Positions 28,539 to 41,800 of a DNA stretch of 64,000 bases are shown here, one piece after another. The stretch is from a virus. Both the position numbers and the translations under genes were made by a program. The stretch is from positions 1 through 64,000 of the IMG/VR virus record IMGVR_UViG_3300030098_004740, one strand, 5' to 3'. Numbering within the stretch: the stretch's first letter is position 1; the number at the start of each line of letters is the position of its first letter. Under the pieces are notes generated by a model. The model searched no databases and had not been told where the DNA came from. It was given only the letters and a program-made list of their open reading frames with translations.

Positions 28539-31500
28539 TGCCTTTTACTGGACTAATGTCAGATGAAGTCTTTCAACAATCCTTTATGGGTTTGTCGATT
28601 ATGGACTTTACAGTTAATGCTGGACTAAACAGTTCACAAAGTACCTTGTCACTCAACTTAGTTGCAGATGATGGGTATTTCGATGCGTATCATACTTTAG
28701 ACACACTACCAATGACTTATCCCACAGTTAGTTGGGGAGGATCGTCAGGCCCTTTTGGTACTGGATTTGGCGGTGGATTCTTTATGGGAACAACCACTGT
28801 AAATGTTGGTATTAGAGACGCTGTAACGGAAGGCTACCACCCTTGGGATCCTAATGCTTTTCCCGCAACATTAATACAAAAATATGGCGGAGTGACTGGA
28901 GTTAAACAAAATTATGCTATGAATGGAGATGTAGCATGGCTTCCTCCTCCGGGATCTCCTGTATATTTTAAATATTATGGAACTGGAAATTTAAATAATG
29001 CATGTGTTAAGGATAGAAATTGCACACCCGTATTTCACTTTAATGGAATATTAGGAAACTATGAAAAAAGTTTTAGCACTGGTGGGTTGACTTATTCTGT
29101 AACATTATCAGACCCTAGAAAGATTTTAGAAAATACTCTTGTTATATTAGATGGAGAAACTGGAAGAGTAGCCGCCGCAGATGAGCATTACCTAAAAGGC
29201 ACAGCAAACGTAACCAATAAAAGAAAATACGAACATGGTTGGAATGGCTACTATAACATTATAAATGTCTTTGGTTATTACGAATCGCATGGCTTTAATA
29301 AATCCCGAAAAAATGACCAAGGAATAGCTTGGTTTGAGGCCAAAAATGGGAAGCAATTTACAAACCACTATGGTATTAATCATCATTTTGGAGTTTTGCC
29401 TGCTATAGATTTTATAGCTAGTGGAACTAATGATGAATATATTAAGAAACTTGAACCCTATGGAGGTCCCGCATATTACGGTGTAGATGATAGAAACCTT
29501 GCAACATATGCTCCTTTTTCAGAGCAGTTAAACGGAGATGGTGTCTACAGATATGCAATAGATCTTTCAGCCCTTTATGATTTGAGCAAGTACTATAATC
29601 CTAATCCTCCAGCAAAAGGTGTTATAGATGACAACTTTAGAATAAATGGAGAAAATATATCTCTACTCCAGTTGATAGAAAAGGTTTGCGAAGCTGCTGG
29701 CGCTGATTTTATGGTAGAAATGTACGCTCCAAGGTTAGGAGAACCATTCTACGCAACGCATAAAGACTATGCTGGGATAATAAGAATAATTCCTATCCCT
29801 AGAAATATTGAAGTAGAACTAGGCGTATTAGAAAAAGCTATTGATCTTTCGCAACAGACTCCATCCGTAGGGCCTTTCGTAGATTCAGAACAGCACTCAA
29901 TCTTAATAGACTCTAGTGTTGGATATGAATTCACAGATCCTGTACAAGGCAAAATCCTATTTGGAGCGCCAAGAACAAGAGTAGTTGGAGTTACCCCTCT
30001 CGGTGATAGAAAAACTAGAGATGAATTATTTTATAATGCTACAACAAAAAAGTATATAGACGGAAATCCAACTGAAGGTACGGATGATATCCTTCGAGAG
30101 TATATGCCTTCTATTGAACTAGATGGTGTCACTTTACATACGCAAGCTTTGCCTGCGGATTCATTTCAAGATAGATCTGAATATGGTTGGAATCCTGAAA
30201 CAGATCTTTTAAGAGAAGGTGGCAAAGATGTCTTGCCAGACTTTGAACAAAACCTTCCTATGGTTTCAAATGATGATTTCTTACCCTATCATTTTGCTGA
30301 AGATGTATCTGGTAGAAACTATGATGAAGCTGATCCGTACCAATTTGGAAGAGCTAACTCAAAATTTTATGAAACCGGCTCACAGTGTTTCATAACTCCT
30401 CCTGCTACAGAGGGGTCACCTTTTGTAATAAGCAATTACTGTACTGAAGAGTACGATGCAACTCAGGCTGCTGGCGGTAGAGCTGCTGAACCTCATGGAA
30501 ATCCAAAACAAATATGCACAAATGAAAGCACATGCACAGCCGCTGATTATTGTGATGGTGAATGGAAGACAATAGAGGATGCGCAGGGATGTACAGACGC
30601 TGGCGTTATGTATTTCTTTTTTTATGGTGATCCTAGTCTTTCTTCTCAGAATGTTGGTCAATATAAAAAGGTAGATTCAGGACTTGGTTCTGGATATTTA
30701 GACATGTTTCCATGTTGGGGATTCCACAAGACAGAGTATAACTCTGCTAGCTCTTTGTTAAAAGATGATATCAATAAGTCAATCAAAGGACAGCCAATTA
30801 AGGGAATGTTCTGGGATGATGATCCATATAGAGATTTTCATCCCATTGATGGAATATTTGGTGTATTTGATTGGATTAATCCGGGTCTTGGAAAATGTAG
30901 GTCAGTAGAAGACTTCGTAGATCCTGCCACTGGTCAGACAAATCCGAATACTGCAAAAGGCAAAATATTACCTGCTCTTGAAAATATGCCACTTCTTTGT
31001 GAGTGTGATTATATGACAGCCGCTATTGATGATGACTGTTATACATTTAGAAACAGTATAGGCGTAAAAGCTAGAGGTAAGTTTGAACCAGCTTGTGAAC
31101 CACGTAAAAGATGTGAAGCTCAACCTTCAGGAGATGAAGTAACTGATTTACACGCTGGAACAGCAGGGGTGGAAAATAACTTACATAAAATAAAATTCAG
31201 TTGTGAAAATGCTTGCTTCTTAGCAGACGCAAACGGCAATCCTACTGGAAACGCTGTAGTTGCGTACTATACAGAAGATGTAGGAACTAAAACAAAAGGA
31301 CAAGCAGCTAACGTAAATGATAATGAATGGATGACCAACCCTCCGGGAACAAAAGGTTCTAAGATTAAATTGATATCAGATAAAGAAGATTGTGAAATTG
31401 AATCTGTATCTGGAACACAAACTAAAAGAGTTGTAGGAAACATAAAGTCTGATGGATCTCTAACAACGGGAGCCGACCAAAATAAATTTATCGCAGAAGG

Positions 31501-33997
31501 GGGTCTATATAGCAAAGAGTGCATAGGAATAAGTCACAAATATCCTCATAGTACTCATTGTGAAGCAATAGCTGGTTTCACTGATCCGGCTACGGGTACT
31601 AAATATCGTGTAGGAGACTGGCTTCCATCTACTACAGCTGATGGCTGTAGAGACAGATTTGGCATAATGTTTGTCAAATGGGTAAACGCTATGACACAGT
31701 TTCCAACAAACCCAATTGATGATAAATTCTATGGACAAACTATTCCTGTAGACAAGATACCTGCACCGGGATATGTAAATACTAGATTTAGATATACAGG
31801 AGTCTGCAAGACTCATTTTAGAAATCAGCCAGTCACTAACCTTCTTACTCAAAAAAATATAACTGATAAGTTTGATTGTCTTAATGGGACTGGAGGATTA
31901 CATTATTTTGACGAAGACGATGTAGATAGTATTCCTGTAATGGCTAAGTCTGCAACTATTCCTATTGATTTAGGATCTATAGGATATGACCAAGGTCCTC
32001 TTGGATCGAACAATATTCCCGGAGGTGCTACAAATTGGTATTACGCTACTATTACTGAGTTAAGACACGCTGCTGTAAGCAAAGACTCTTGGACTGCTTA
32101 TCTGAGAAACTTGGGACAAAAACTTCCTTGTTCCATGTGGGCTATAAATCCAGTTCCACAAAATGCTTGGTCTGACTTCTGCAAGAAAGCAGATGAAGTA
32201 ATGTTCAAAGGAGGCACTAGCAAAGCCCATTTAGCAATTGCAAATAACCTAAATTATTTTGCATCTGGAGGTGCTTCAGGTTCGCCAACAATAAATAGCG
32301 ATGTCATAAACCATGCTGGTAATCCAAGCGAAGCTAATGCAAAGTCTGCTACTGGACATCCCTGCGGAGACGCAGAAAGAAATGCTCTTAGTTTGGGTGA
32401 AAGAACTCAAATGGAAGTAGACATTGCTTATCAAAAAGTTCAAGAGGCTGCTACTCAATTTTATGGAAGACGGTACTTAGTGCCATTACCCTTCAATCCA
32501 CCAACTTCACACACTTGTAGCAATCTTGTATACAAAAATCGAGCAGACTGCACAGACAATGGGTATGATTGGGGTCCTCATGGAATGCTAAGCGAATGGT
32601 TCCAAAAGATGGGCGTTGGACAATGCTCAGATGGAGTAAGCGCTGACAAGTTTACTTGTGAAGTAACTAATAATTCTTTTTGGATAGAACCTATTAAACA
32701 CATAAACAAATGGGATATAAATACTTCAGGATGGCCGGGAGGTTCTATAGATTACCAATGGGACGAAACAAAGAACACAGGCTACCCACAGAATATAAAT
32801 TTCTGGACTGAAGACGGGAATTTGGAACCATTTGTTGTATTTCCTTCACACGAAAGAAAAAGATTCAGCGCAGATGCTTCAAGATTAGATTTTAGAAATT
32901 ATGACCCAGAAACAATTCATGAATCAAAGTCTAATGTCGGCCCTATTGCTGGTTGGGGAACTAAAGTCTTTGTTAAAGCCAATGTAGATCCAGAAACTCA
33001 CTGGATACCAGAAAGAGCTGCGTGGGAAATACAAAACGAAAAACAGTTTGCAATGTTTAGAGATGGAGATCCAGATGGCGGAACCGATCGACAAAAAAGA
33101 CTAAACCAGCCAGCGAATCATTTAGCGATTGGAACGCTTGATAATTCAAAATTCCTAACAGAAAGAGAAGTCTATGTAAGAGAAGTAGACCAAAACTCTG
33201 CTGATTATTTTAAGGAAACAGCGGCTTATAAACCTTATGCATTAATCACATTACCAAATCAAGTTCTTTATGGAGATATGGACCAAACAACAAAATTCCA
33301 TCCTGATATTGGAGAAGGTAAAGATATGTGCATACCTTTGATAAAAGCTAAAAACTCTAACGCTTTAATGAGCGCTTGGTTGCAAGGCATGGACAGAGGA
33401 GGAATTGTTGGTCAGCAATTAGTGGCTATGGCAGGCAACTTAAGAAATGCTCCAGTTGTGTCTCCCGATATGGGGAGAGGCTCTTTACAAGCTGCTGCTT
33501 ATAAGCCTTGGCACGCAGCTATACCTCAACAAAGTAAGCATTTTAAATGGGGTCCTTGGGCTTTAGGAACGGGTTTTGGAAAAACTGACTATCAAGTAGA
33601 CACAAGCATACAACCATCAGCATTTGGTGGAGAAAAGGCCATGGCTAATTATGCTATGTCTGGCATAAAAACTACACTTCAAAATGTAACCCCTTATATT
33701 GAGACTGGAAGCGTGACATTAGCTGGCTTACCAGCACACGCGTTTGCAACTCAAATAGTTTTGCCAATTAATGGAGTAAATTTGTTAGGTCCATTTATAA
33801 CAGATATATCTGTAGCAATGGGTGCTAGTGGACTTACTACTACATACAACTTTACAACACAAGAAAAATTTGCTGATATCGACTCTATCAACAGACAAAG
33901 GATCAGAAAAAATCAAGAGGATATGTTGAAGATGCTTAAACATACAGAAGAGCAAATTGCAAAAACAAAAAGAGACATATCAAAGTATATTAAATAA
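28538..33997 (+). CDS. Large tail hub/tip protein with Cys-rich insertions
   Basis: N-terminal SFMGLSI.DF..STLSLNLV, YSVTLSDPR; C-terminal ETGSVTLAG..ITDISV..GLTTTYNF hub-like; many Cys modules. Confidence 0.55.
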   Translation: MPFTGLMSDEVFQQSFMGLSIMDFTVNAGLNSSQSTLSLNLVADDGYFDAYHTLDTLPMTYPTVSWGGSSGPFGTGFGGGFFMGTTTVNVGIRDAVTEGYHPWDPNAFPATLIQKYGGVTGVKQNYAMNGDVAWLPPPGSPVYFKYYGTGNLNNACVKDRNCTPVFHFNGILGNYEKSFSTGGLTYSVTLSDPRKILENTLVILDGETGRVAAADEHYLKGTANVTNKRKYEHGWNGYYNIINVFGYYESHGFNKSRKNDQGIAWFEAKNGKQFTNHYGINHHFGVLPAIDFIASGTNDEYIKKLEPYGGPAYYGVDDRNLATYAPFSEQLNGDGVYRYAIDLSALYDLSKYYNPNPPAKGVIDDNFRINGENISLLQLIEKVCEAAGADFMVEMYAPRLGEPFYATHKDYAGIIRIIPIPRNIEVELGVLEKAIDLSQQTPSVGPFVDSEQHSILIDSSVGYEFTDPVQGKILFGAPRTRVVGVTPLGDRKTRDELFYNATTKKYIDGNPTEGTDDILREYMPSIELDGVTLHTQALPADSFQDRSEYGWNPETDLLREGGKDVLPDFEQNLPMVSNDDFLPYHFAEDVSGRNYDEADPYQFGRANSKFYETGSQCFITPPATEGSPFVISNYCTEEYDATQAAGGRAAEPHGNPKQICTNESTCTAADYCDGEWKTIEDAQGCTDAGVMYFFFYGDPSLSSQNVGQYKKVDSGLGSGYLDMFPCWGFHKTEYNSASSLLKDDINKSIKGQPIKGMFWDDDPYRDFHPIDGIFGVFDWINPGLGKCRSVEDFVDPATGQTNPNTAKGKILPALENMPLLCECDYMTAAIDDDCYTFRNSIGVKARGKFEPACEPRKRCEAQPSGDEVTDLHAGTAGVENNLHKIKFSCENACFLADANGNPTGNAVVAYYTEDVGTKTKGQAANVNDNEWMTNPPGTKGSKIKLISDKEDCEIESVSGTQTKRVVGNIKSDGSLTTGADQNKFIAEGGLYSKECIGISHKYPHSTHCEAIAGFTDPATGTKYRVGDWLPSTTADGCRDRFGIMFVKWVNAMTQFPTNPIDDKFYGQTIPVDKIPAPGYVNTRFRYTGVCKTHFRNQPVTNLLTQKNITDKFDCLNGTGGLHYFDEDDVDSIPVMAKSATIPIDLGSIGYDQGPLGSNNIPGGATNWYYATITELRHAAVSKDSWTAYLRNLGQKLPCSMWAINPVPQNAWSDFCKKADEVMFKGGTSKAHLAIANNLNYFASGGASGSPTINSDVINHAGNPSEANAKSATGHPCGDAERNALSLGERTQMEVDIAYQKVQEAATQFYGRRYLVPLPFNPPTSHTCSNLVYKNRADCTDNGYDWGPHGMLSEWFQKMGVGQCSDGVSADKFTCEVTNNSFWIEPIKHINKWDINTSGWPGGSIDYQWDETKNTGYPQNINFWTEDGNLEPFVVFPSHERKRFSADASRLDFRNYDPETIHESKSNVGPIAGWGTKVFVKANVDPETHWIPERAAWEIQNEKQFAMFRDGDPDGGTDRQKRLNQPANHLAIGTLDNSKFLTEREVYVREVDQNSADYFKETAAYKPYALITLPNQVLYGDMDQTTKFHPDIGEGKDMCIPLIKAKNSNALMSAWLQGMDRGGIVGQQLVAMAGNLRNAPVVSPDMGRGSLQAAAYKPWHAAIPQQSKHFKWGPWALGTGFGKTDYQVDTSIQPSAFGGEKAMANYAMSGIKTTLQNVTPYIETGSVTLAGLPAHAFATQIVLPINGVNLLGPFITDISVAMGASGLTTTYNFTTQEKFADIDSINRQRIRKNQEDMLKMLKHTEEQIAKTKRDISKYIK

Positions 33998-34014
33998 CGC
34001 TATGGAATAATAAG

Positions 34015-35805
34015 ATGGCCACAGATAAACAACCTGTAAACGACCAAAGGTCTGAAACAGATAAAAATGACTATAGTCACTTGATGCTAACTAGTGCTAG
34101 TTATCCAGAGCAAGACATACCTATTAGAGATGCCGCTAATAATGTTTTGTTTTGGGATAATCATCCTGACTATGCGGGAAAGCCTATAAACGCTTTTAAT
34201 GCATCTACTACTACAGCCACTGGACCAGTTGCATCTTTTATGGATCAGTTTCCAAGCGATAAGGCTTGGCATAATGCTGGAGGTATGTCTATTGATGGCT
34301 TGTTTGTTCCTTATGCCACAAACTTTGCCGTAGTTAGCACAGGTGGGGAAAGAAAAAATCTGAACAAAGCTCCAGACACTTCTTCAATGCCTACTTTTGA
34401 AAGGCCATATAGTGTTGAAAAAGGAGGCGAACCATCAGACCAAGTTGATTTTGTAAACTACAATACAAAACTAGGGGCTGCTGCACCATCTCCCGCCACA
34501 ATAGACTCCGCTTCTCTTAATCCATTTGCTTCCGGCCACTATATACAAATGGTTAACAAGGAAAGTAAACAGGTTAGTCCCAACACAGACGTTTCAGGGT
34601 ATTCTAAGCATTCTTCTCCTTTAGGAAAACCCAATGTTAAATCTACTGAAACAGAAAGACCAATAGGTCTTAGAGGTCCGATTGTTATTGCTGGATGGGG
34701 TTATGATGCTATTACTTCGCATCCAGTTCCTAACTTAAGATACGACTCTGATTATAGACATAATGAACCAAAGAGCGCGAATTATGGTAGGCAAAGGTAT
34801 GCTCCTGAGACCATGAAGGCTAGGACTGCTAGCGGTATGCAGCAAGACCATAAGCATTTTACTCCTTTTCATATGAGAAGACCTGACAAATGGAAAGCTG
34901 GCCCTGTTGACTTAAGATGGGATCACAATAGAAAAGTTTGGGTTGGTGGAAAGCACAATGGAATATTTTTATCAAAAGCTACAAAGTGTATACTTCCAAA
35001 ATCTGGTATAGATGGTAATAACTCTTTTAACTTTGGCGTTGGTGGTAATATTAATGCTCCCGGAAGATTATATAGAAACCCATGCCCAACGCATAACTGT
35101 AATTATCATTCATACTTTCCAACAAGTATCTATTATCCCGATATAGAAATATATGACCCAGAAGATCACAACTGGTGTGGTAGATGTAGAACTATAGGGA
35201 CACAAACAGCATGTGGAGACTTCAAGGATGGATGTTCTCCTTTTTATGATGCAATTATTTTAAGAGCTGTAGATGAACAAGTAGGGAAAAATAACGAGCT
35301 TATTGAATGTACTGACAAGTTTAGAAAAGTGCAAGGCGGTACTCCTCAAGCAAGAAGAGCTGGAAACCCTTGTCATGGATGGGGTTCTAGTAAATTTGGA
35401 ACTGGTGAGTTTATTAATGAAAAAATAGGAGATGACGAAGTTTGGACAGAATATGCTAAAGCTTTGTTGTATCAAAAAATATTCGTAGAAAACCCTCTAG
35501 GTCAAGGGTTAATGGTAGGGGATGCATTTTTTAGTTATGATACTGGTAGGAGAATAGTGTATGAATATGAAAGAACAGATACCGCAGCTTGTGGAAAAGG
35601 TGTTGGTACAAAAGTAAAAGTAAAGGAATCTATTCCTGTACATGTAATTTTACAGGGCGAATTTTATGGAATGGAAGTAATTTCACACGCAGGTTGTGAT
35701 AGAGGTGAAATGGGTTCTTGTTCTAGAAAATTCTTTGCTCAAGGCTTTGCAACTGGAGAAGATTGTGGGCCAGATGATGACTATCCACAAACAGCAGGAT
35801 CATAA
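34015..35805 (+). CDS. Putative tail protein with Cys-rich C-terminus
   Basis: LRGPIVIAGWGYD..WKAGPVDLRWD..VW; operon context. Confidence 0.5.
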   Translation: MATDKQPVNDQRSETDKNDYSHLMLTSASYPEQDIPIRDAANNVLFWDNHPDYAGKPINAFNASTTTATGPVASFMDQFPSDKAWHNAGGMSIDGLFVPYATNFAVVSTGGERKNLNKAPDTSSMPTFERPYSVEKGGEPSDQVDFVNYNTKLGAAAPSPATIDSASLNPFASGHYIQMVNKESKQVSPNTDVSGYSKHSSPLGKPNVKSTETERPIGLRGPIVIAGWGYDAITSHPVPNLRYDSDYRHNEPKSANYGRQRYAPETMKARTASGMQQDHKHFTPFHMRRPDKWKAGPVDLRWDHNRKVWVGGKHNGIFLSKATKCILPKSGIDGNNSFNFGVGGNINAPGRLYRNPCPTHNCNYHSYFPTSIYYPDIEIYDPEDHNWCGRCRTIGTQTACGDFKDGCSPFYDAIILRAVDEQVGKNNELIECTDKFRKVQGGTPQARRAGNPCHGWGSSKFGTGEFINEKIGDDEVWTEYAKALLYQKIFVENPLGQGLMVGDAFFSYDTGRRIVYEYERTDTAACGKGVGTKVKVKESIPVHVILQGEFYGMEVISHAGCDRGEMGSCSRKFFAQGFATGEDCGPDDDYPQTAGS

Positions 35806-38800
35806 TGGCAATAGGTGACTTCTGGGATACTTCTTATAATCCCATTTATGAATACGGGTCAAACCCGTTGAAGAATGACAGAACAGGAAAATACCAATGG
35901 GGTCCTGACTATTCTGATATTGTTCCTCAAACATCAGTAGGATCACTCAAACGCCGACAAAAAGGTCGGTTTTGCAGTGAAGGATGTGGCTGCGTAAACA
36001 CTTATTGCGACAGTATGCTTCTTCCTGAAGGTCAATATGGATGTCATCTCCCTCCTGAATTGTCTATAACAGTTGTTAGAAATCCAAACGGCAGGTACGA
36101 AGCAAAAGGGGAAATTGAAGGAGGCGGTGGTGAAACTATACATCTCAAGTATTCCAAAGGATCTTGGAGAGGAAGAAGATGTTGTACTAGTAACGCTTAT
36201 GGGCAATTAGAATATGCTTGCGACCCATGTAAAGTGACTACTCTTCCAAATGGCAAACCTTCTGAGTGCCATCCCGCTAATAACAAATTCAAAGATTTTG
36301 GTAAAAACAGTCATATATCTCAAAAGTCTGATAACTTTACAATCAGAGATGATTTTGATTATGACGAAGCTCTAAAAGGTGGAAGTAATTGGCCGAGGTT
36401 AGGAGAAAATGCTTGGTTAAAACTTTCTGTCTATAACGTAACAGCGCCTACAACAGGCACAGATATGCTTAGAGACACCACTTTTGACGGATTTGCTTCG
36501 TTGTGTTTTGATGCTAGCGGATTGCCTGTTAAAGGCATAGGAAACGAGGGTGATTGCTTAAAAAACAGTGGATATCATTGGAGTGAAAAAACGCCTGTTT
36601 GGATTAACAATGATATTAATGACGAAGACGATGTAGCAGGTAATGGTGGTCACATACAGCTAATAGGAACAGAAGAAGTTCCTACAAAATTTAGCATAGA
36701 TGTAAAAGCTGACGAAGTTGTAACAAATATAAAGTCCAGAGAAAAGACTATAAAAGTAACAAAAGATGGATATTTAGATAATTATAGTATAAACAATGGG
36801 GCTGATCCCAACGATAGAGTTTCTACAACAAAACTCAATTATTATGATCCAACATCAGAAGACAGAGGCTGTTTAGTTGATGGGTCAATGCCTCTAAAAA
36901 AACGTCCTTACTGTAGAAATGCAATAACAGGAAAAAGAATACAGCAGCAATGCGAAGAAGTAACAGGTGTTAATGCTGGCTTTGGTTCAGGTTTTTCTAT
37001 AACAAAAGAAAAAGAAGACTGTGAGGCCACTTCGTCTAGCATAAATGGTTACTGTAGTATAAGTGATCCTGTAACACAACAACCTTATCCAGATGAAGCC
37101 TCTTGCAATTTTGCATCAGGAACATGGGTATGGGAAGACAACAAATGGTTATACGACGATCAAACAACATGCGAAGACGCTGGTTCTTGTCTTGCTCCAA
37201 AAACCGATAAGTTTCAAAGTCAAGAAGATAGAATTGTAGGAGCTTACTGTCTTGATATAGTTTCTGGAACAAAAGATCCTGTCCCGCAAAACAAAGCTGA
37301 ATGCGAGGCTCAAGGTCATGGCATATGGAAGCTTGGAGATAGTTCCTCATGCACAGCTTCTTACAAAGAAGGCTCTCCTGTATGTAACGATATTGATGGC
37401 AAAGATTCTGGACATGCTGATGAGGATTCTTGTTTAGCAGCTGGAAATACATGGATGAAAAATGAATGGTTCTCAAATCAATGGGTTGATTGGGAATATG
37501 AAAAGCTATCCTGCTGTGGTGAAACTCTTTTAGATCATAATTACCCATCAAGAACTCCTCAAATATCTGGATCAACACTAAGTGCTAGAAAAAATCCATC
37601 TTGCACTACCCCCTACCATGAAGTGATTTTAAGTCCGTATCAAGCCGGTCAAAATATTAATACTGAGTCATATCATAGCTGTATAGCCGCAGTCAATCAG
37701 TGGCAAAGAGATGACAATACAGACACAGAATTTTTCATGAATACAATCTCCTATTGGACTTTAGTGATAAGGCCATGTAATTTTCATGGAGGTTGTCAGG
37801 ATGAAAATGTCAAAAGACCTGATCCACAAGACCTAATAGATAATAAGCTAGACAATTACTATGACACTACATGCGGTGAAGAAATAGTACTCTATTTAAG
37901 TACAGACCAATTAGTAAATTGCTCTAACCTTAATCTAACAATAGAAAACGAAAATCAGATACGTTCGGGTTGGAAAGAAGCCCAACCTATGTGGCACAAA
38001 AGCATTGGAGATACAAAGGGTAATCCTGCAAATTTGCAATTTTTAATGCCGGGTGCTGATTCTAGTATGATTTCTGGATCTAGCTCTTATGAGTTTTCGT
38101 ATCCCGGTGATGCGATGTACAAAAACCAGTATAAGCATTGGTGTAATAATCCTGATGTAAATGTTGATGGTATTGGTGATGGTGGTGTTTGTTCGCAATA
38201 TCATTACTGGAATTCAGGGTTTCCAAAAGTTCAATTAGCAAACCCTAAAGGAATTGATGCTTTTTATGGTTTCAACTTGCAGCCGCAACCTTTTAAAGCA
38301 ACTGAAGAAAAACAAAATAGAGCAAAGCTTCTTTATACTGCGGCAGTAGATCATAATACATGGCAAGCTTGTGCTGGTCATATATTAGGAGATGCTAATG
38401 GTGGCGGTCATTGGTTCTGGAATTATGGCCCAGACTATTTCATGTATTTTGATTTCCTTGCTTATGACGAAATTCATTCTTTTAATCCTGTAGCGATCAA
38501 AAATGATAGCCCAAAATGTACAGCTGTTGCTACAAAAGCCAAAGAGTATGTAGATAGTCATGTAGGATTTTTACGCAGGGGTGATTGTGGATATGGAAAT
38601 GGGCCTCTTTGGGTTGGTTGGATCCCAGATTATGATAGCTGGACAAACAATAAAATATGTCCCGATTGTGGGAGTAAAGGAAAGAACAATTGTGAATCAG
38701 AAGGTGGGTGCTTAAACGCAGATGGCTCGTTTGAAACTGACCAAACTGATTGCTCTGAAAAAGGGCAATGCAACAGTCCTGTTGGAACCAAAACTACACA

Positions 38801-41800
38801 TACTACAGAGGATGAATGTGACGAAGCTGGAGGCAGCTGGAGTCCTGCTAAGTTTGTACCATGTTGTGAATGGTTTGAAGAATGTAGCGAAAGGATAGTG
38901 ACAAATCATCAAGATGCGGGTGAATTTGGAATGGGAGCAGAACCAAAGTATCGAGATGCTGTAGACAAAGCTGAGTGTGAAAAACACCCAGATCAAGGCG
39001 GTGCTGGAGGTGTTTGGAGTGGAGGTTGTACTCCCGGTGTTGGACAAAGACAACAAAATCAGCTATGCGGTGAAGTACAAAACCCTCCAGAAGACTTCGT
39101 TGATATTGTTCTAGGCGAACAGTTTGGAACTTGCGTTTTACATAAAGATGGTCAAAATGCAAACATAACCGATATGTCAAAATCTGACTGCGGTGAAGAG
39201 TCAATGAAGCATGAATGTAGAATCATTCTTACTGGCATAGTAGTTAATACTTCACAGGATGCTTGTGAGCTTAATCCATTAACTGAATGGGTTCCAGTGT
39301 ATGACCAAGATCCTGCTCCTAAATTTGAACCAGACATGATTGGCCACTTCGATAGTAAATATCCAAGACGAGAAGGACCACTAACTAAATTAAGGGAGGC
39401 TGGTCCTTTAACTGGCTCGCTTGCAGATGTAAGCCAAATGAAAGGGGGATTCATTGAGCGACAGCCGGGAGTTAGTGTGGACTTCCCCTCTGGAACAGCA
39501 AAAGAAAATCCTCTTAACTACTGGCATAGGACTGGTTTATACCCAAGAGGAGAAACCGCTAGCTATGTTAGTGATGGTTGTGTTGGTGTAAGTCATAGTG
39601 GGAGAATTGAACATGCTTCAAATACTACCCCAATCAAGATTACTTCTAGAAGTCATGGATTAAGAAACGGCGATCTTATAATGACTCAAGATGTTCTTGG
39701 AAACTTTGCTGCAAATGTATTTTTGTCACAAAGAGACGTAAAAGAGATTCAATGGGAAGATAAGCTTGCTGGATCTTGTACTGGAGACAATTGTGATGAT
39801 CAAGCTTACCCAGCATCTGAATGTTTGTTTGAAGGAAAGTGTCTTGATTCCAGCGGAAACGACACTGGCGAAAAAGATAAGTCTAAGTGCAACTCAGCTG
39901 CGGGAAATACTTGGGAAGAAGTATGTCCCTCTGAATATTTAGCTTGTTATGGCTTTAGAGTCCCCGGAAATATGGAGCCACAATACGCTCCTTTTGCAGT
40001 AGTGCAAAATGCAACAGCTGATACTTTTGATTTGTATACGTGTGATAATTTGCCACTTAAAGGCACTTTAAGTACGGGCGCAATAAAAAATCTACCTGAA
40101 TCTGTAGACACACATGGACAAGTCATAGAATGTGAAGGAGTTGGAAATGCAAGTGTTTGCTTTTGGGGTTATTTTGCACAATTCACAGGGTATTTTGGAG
40201 GGGAAATAAATCCTATCAATCCTCCTCCTTTGACATTAGGTACGGAAGTCACTGATGATCCTACTGTAAATGCTGGAAAACCCACAATTGGAAAGTGGGC
40301 AGCTAGATGTATTGCCTACGATAGCGGAAAGGTTATAAACCAAGCAGATGACGCTAGGTCTGAATACAAGTTTAATCCTTTCGCAGTATTAACCGGCGCC
40401 CCTATTAATGAAAACTACACCTGTGGTGGAACAATAGCTGATGGAGGGCATTGGTGTGGTGCAAGCGATTGTGATAGTCGTTTTGGAAAATGGATGACTG
40501 AACAAGAGATGGCGGATAACGTTCTTACGAAGTCAAAAATAGAGGGTTCTAAAGAAGTATGTGAGTCTTATGGTATATGTAATATTATAAAAAATGCTCA
40601 AGAAAAAGCGCCTAAGTCAGTAATGACAAAAAGTGATTGCAAGAAACTATCTAAAGTTTATCATACTTTGGATTTGGATGCTGGATACCATGACGATTCG
40701 CAAATTTATGTTGAAAGATGTCAAGACGCAGATGGGAATATAGATAACAGTCCAGAAATTCAAGACGCTCTTGATATAAAAAAGGCTTGTGAAGAAAGAG
40801 GTTCTTGTTCTGAAGCCTTTTTTGGTAACAAAAAAGATTGTGAAGGAAATGGCTTTATATGGAATGGTGGAACATATATCAAAAAAGCCAATAACTGCGT
40901 AGGCGACGAAATGGAGGGGCAAGATAATGATCTTTGCTGGACACCAAATGTCTTTGGTACAGAAATAGACCTTAGTAGTACCAGTGGTGGAGGTCTTGGA
41001 AATGACCGACCACTTCCAAACTATCCGGTGTGTCCCTATACAGGAACTTGGGAAATATTCCATCAAGACTTGGGAATAGCAGCTGGATATTTCACTGAAA
41101 ATCAGTTTGATTCTATTTATAGATTTGGATGGGGTGGATTAACAAGAAGATGGGAAGAAAGAGCTAACGATTATTACATTCAAATAGAGCAAAAAGGTAT
41201 ATGTCCTGTTTGTTGTGATCATTTTCTACCAGAAACACTAACTGCCACTATTAGTGATACAGGCAGTAGTCTCCAAGACATTGTTGGCGGATGTCCAATA
41301 GATCCATGTGAGGCTGGCGATTTTATATTTGATGATGATGCTACAGCTAGAGGTACAAGATCAGGATGGAAAAAAACAAGTGGGAAATTTAGCGGTTCGT
41401 TTGATGGATATTGTTGCAGTGATTTTTATCACCCTTGCTCGATACCAGAAGATGAATTAACAAAATGCATTGCTGACCCTACCCAGTTTGGCCATTGTTA
41501 TAGAGTGAGTAATGCAAGTGGTCAAGAACCCGGACTTTTAGCTGGTGCGTATACAAAAGATGAATGCGCAAAAAGAGGTTCTGGCGCAGGAGGTTGTAGT
41601 AAAAGCGGAATTTGTACAGTAAATCCTCAAGGAAATCAAACTCCAGCAGATTGCGAAGCTGCCGGAGGAACTTGGAGTCCTGTCACTGATCAGACAGGAT
41701 GTACAAGCGCAGGAGGTACTTGGACTCCTAGAGATGGTCATACTAAATTCTATCCATTGCCAGCTGGTAGTTGTGAATTTCCTCATCCATTTGTAGATGC

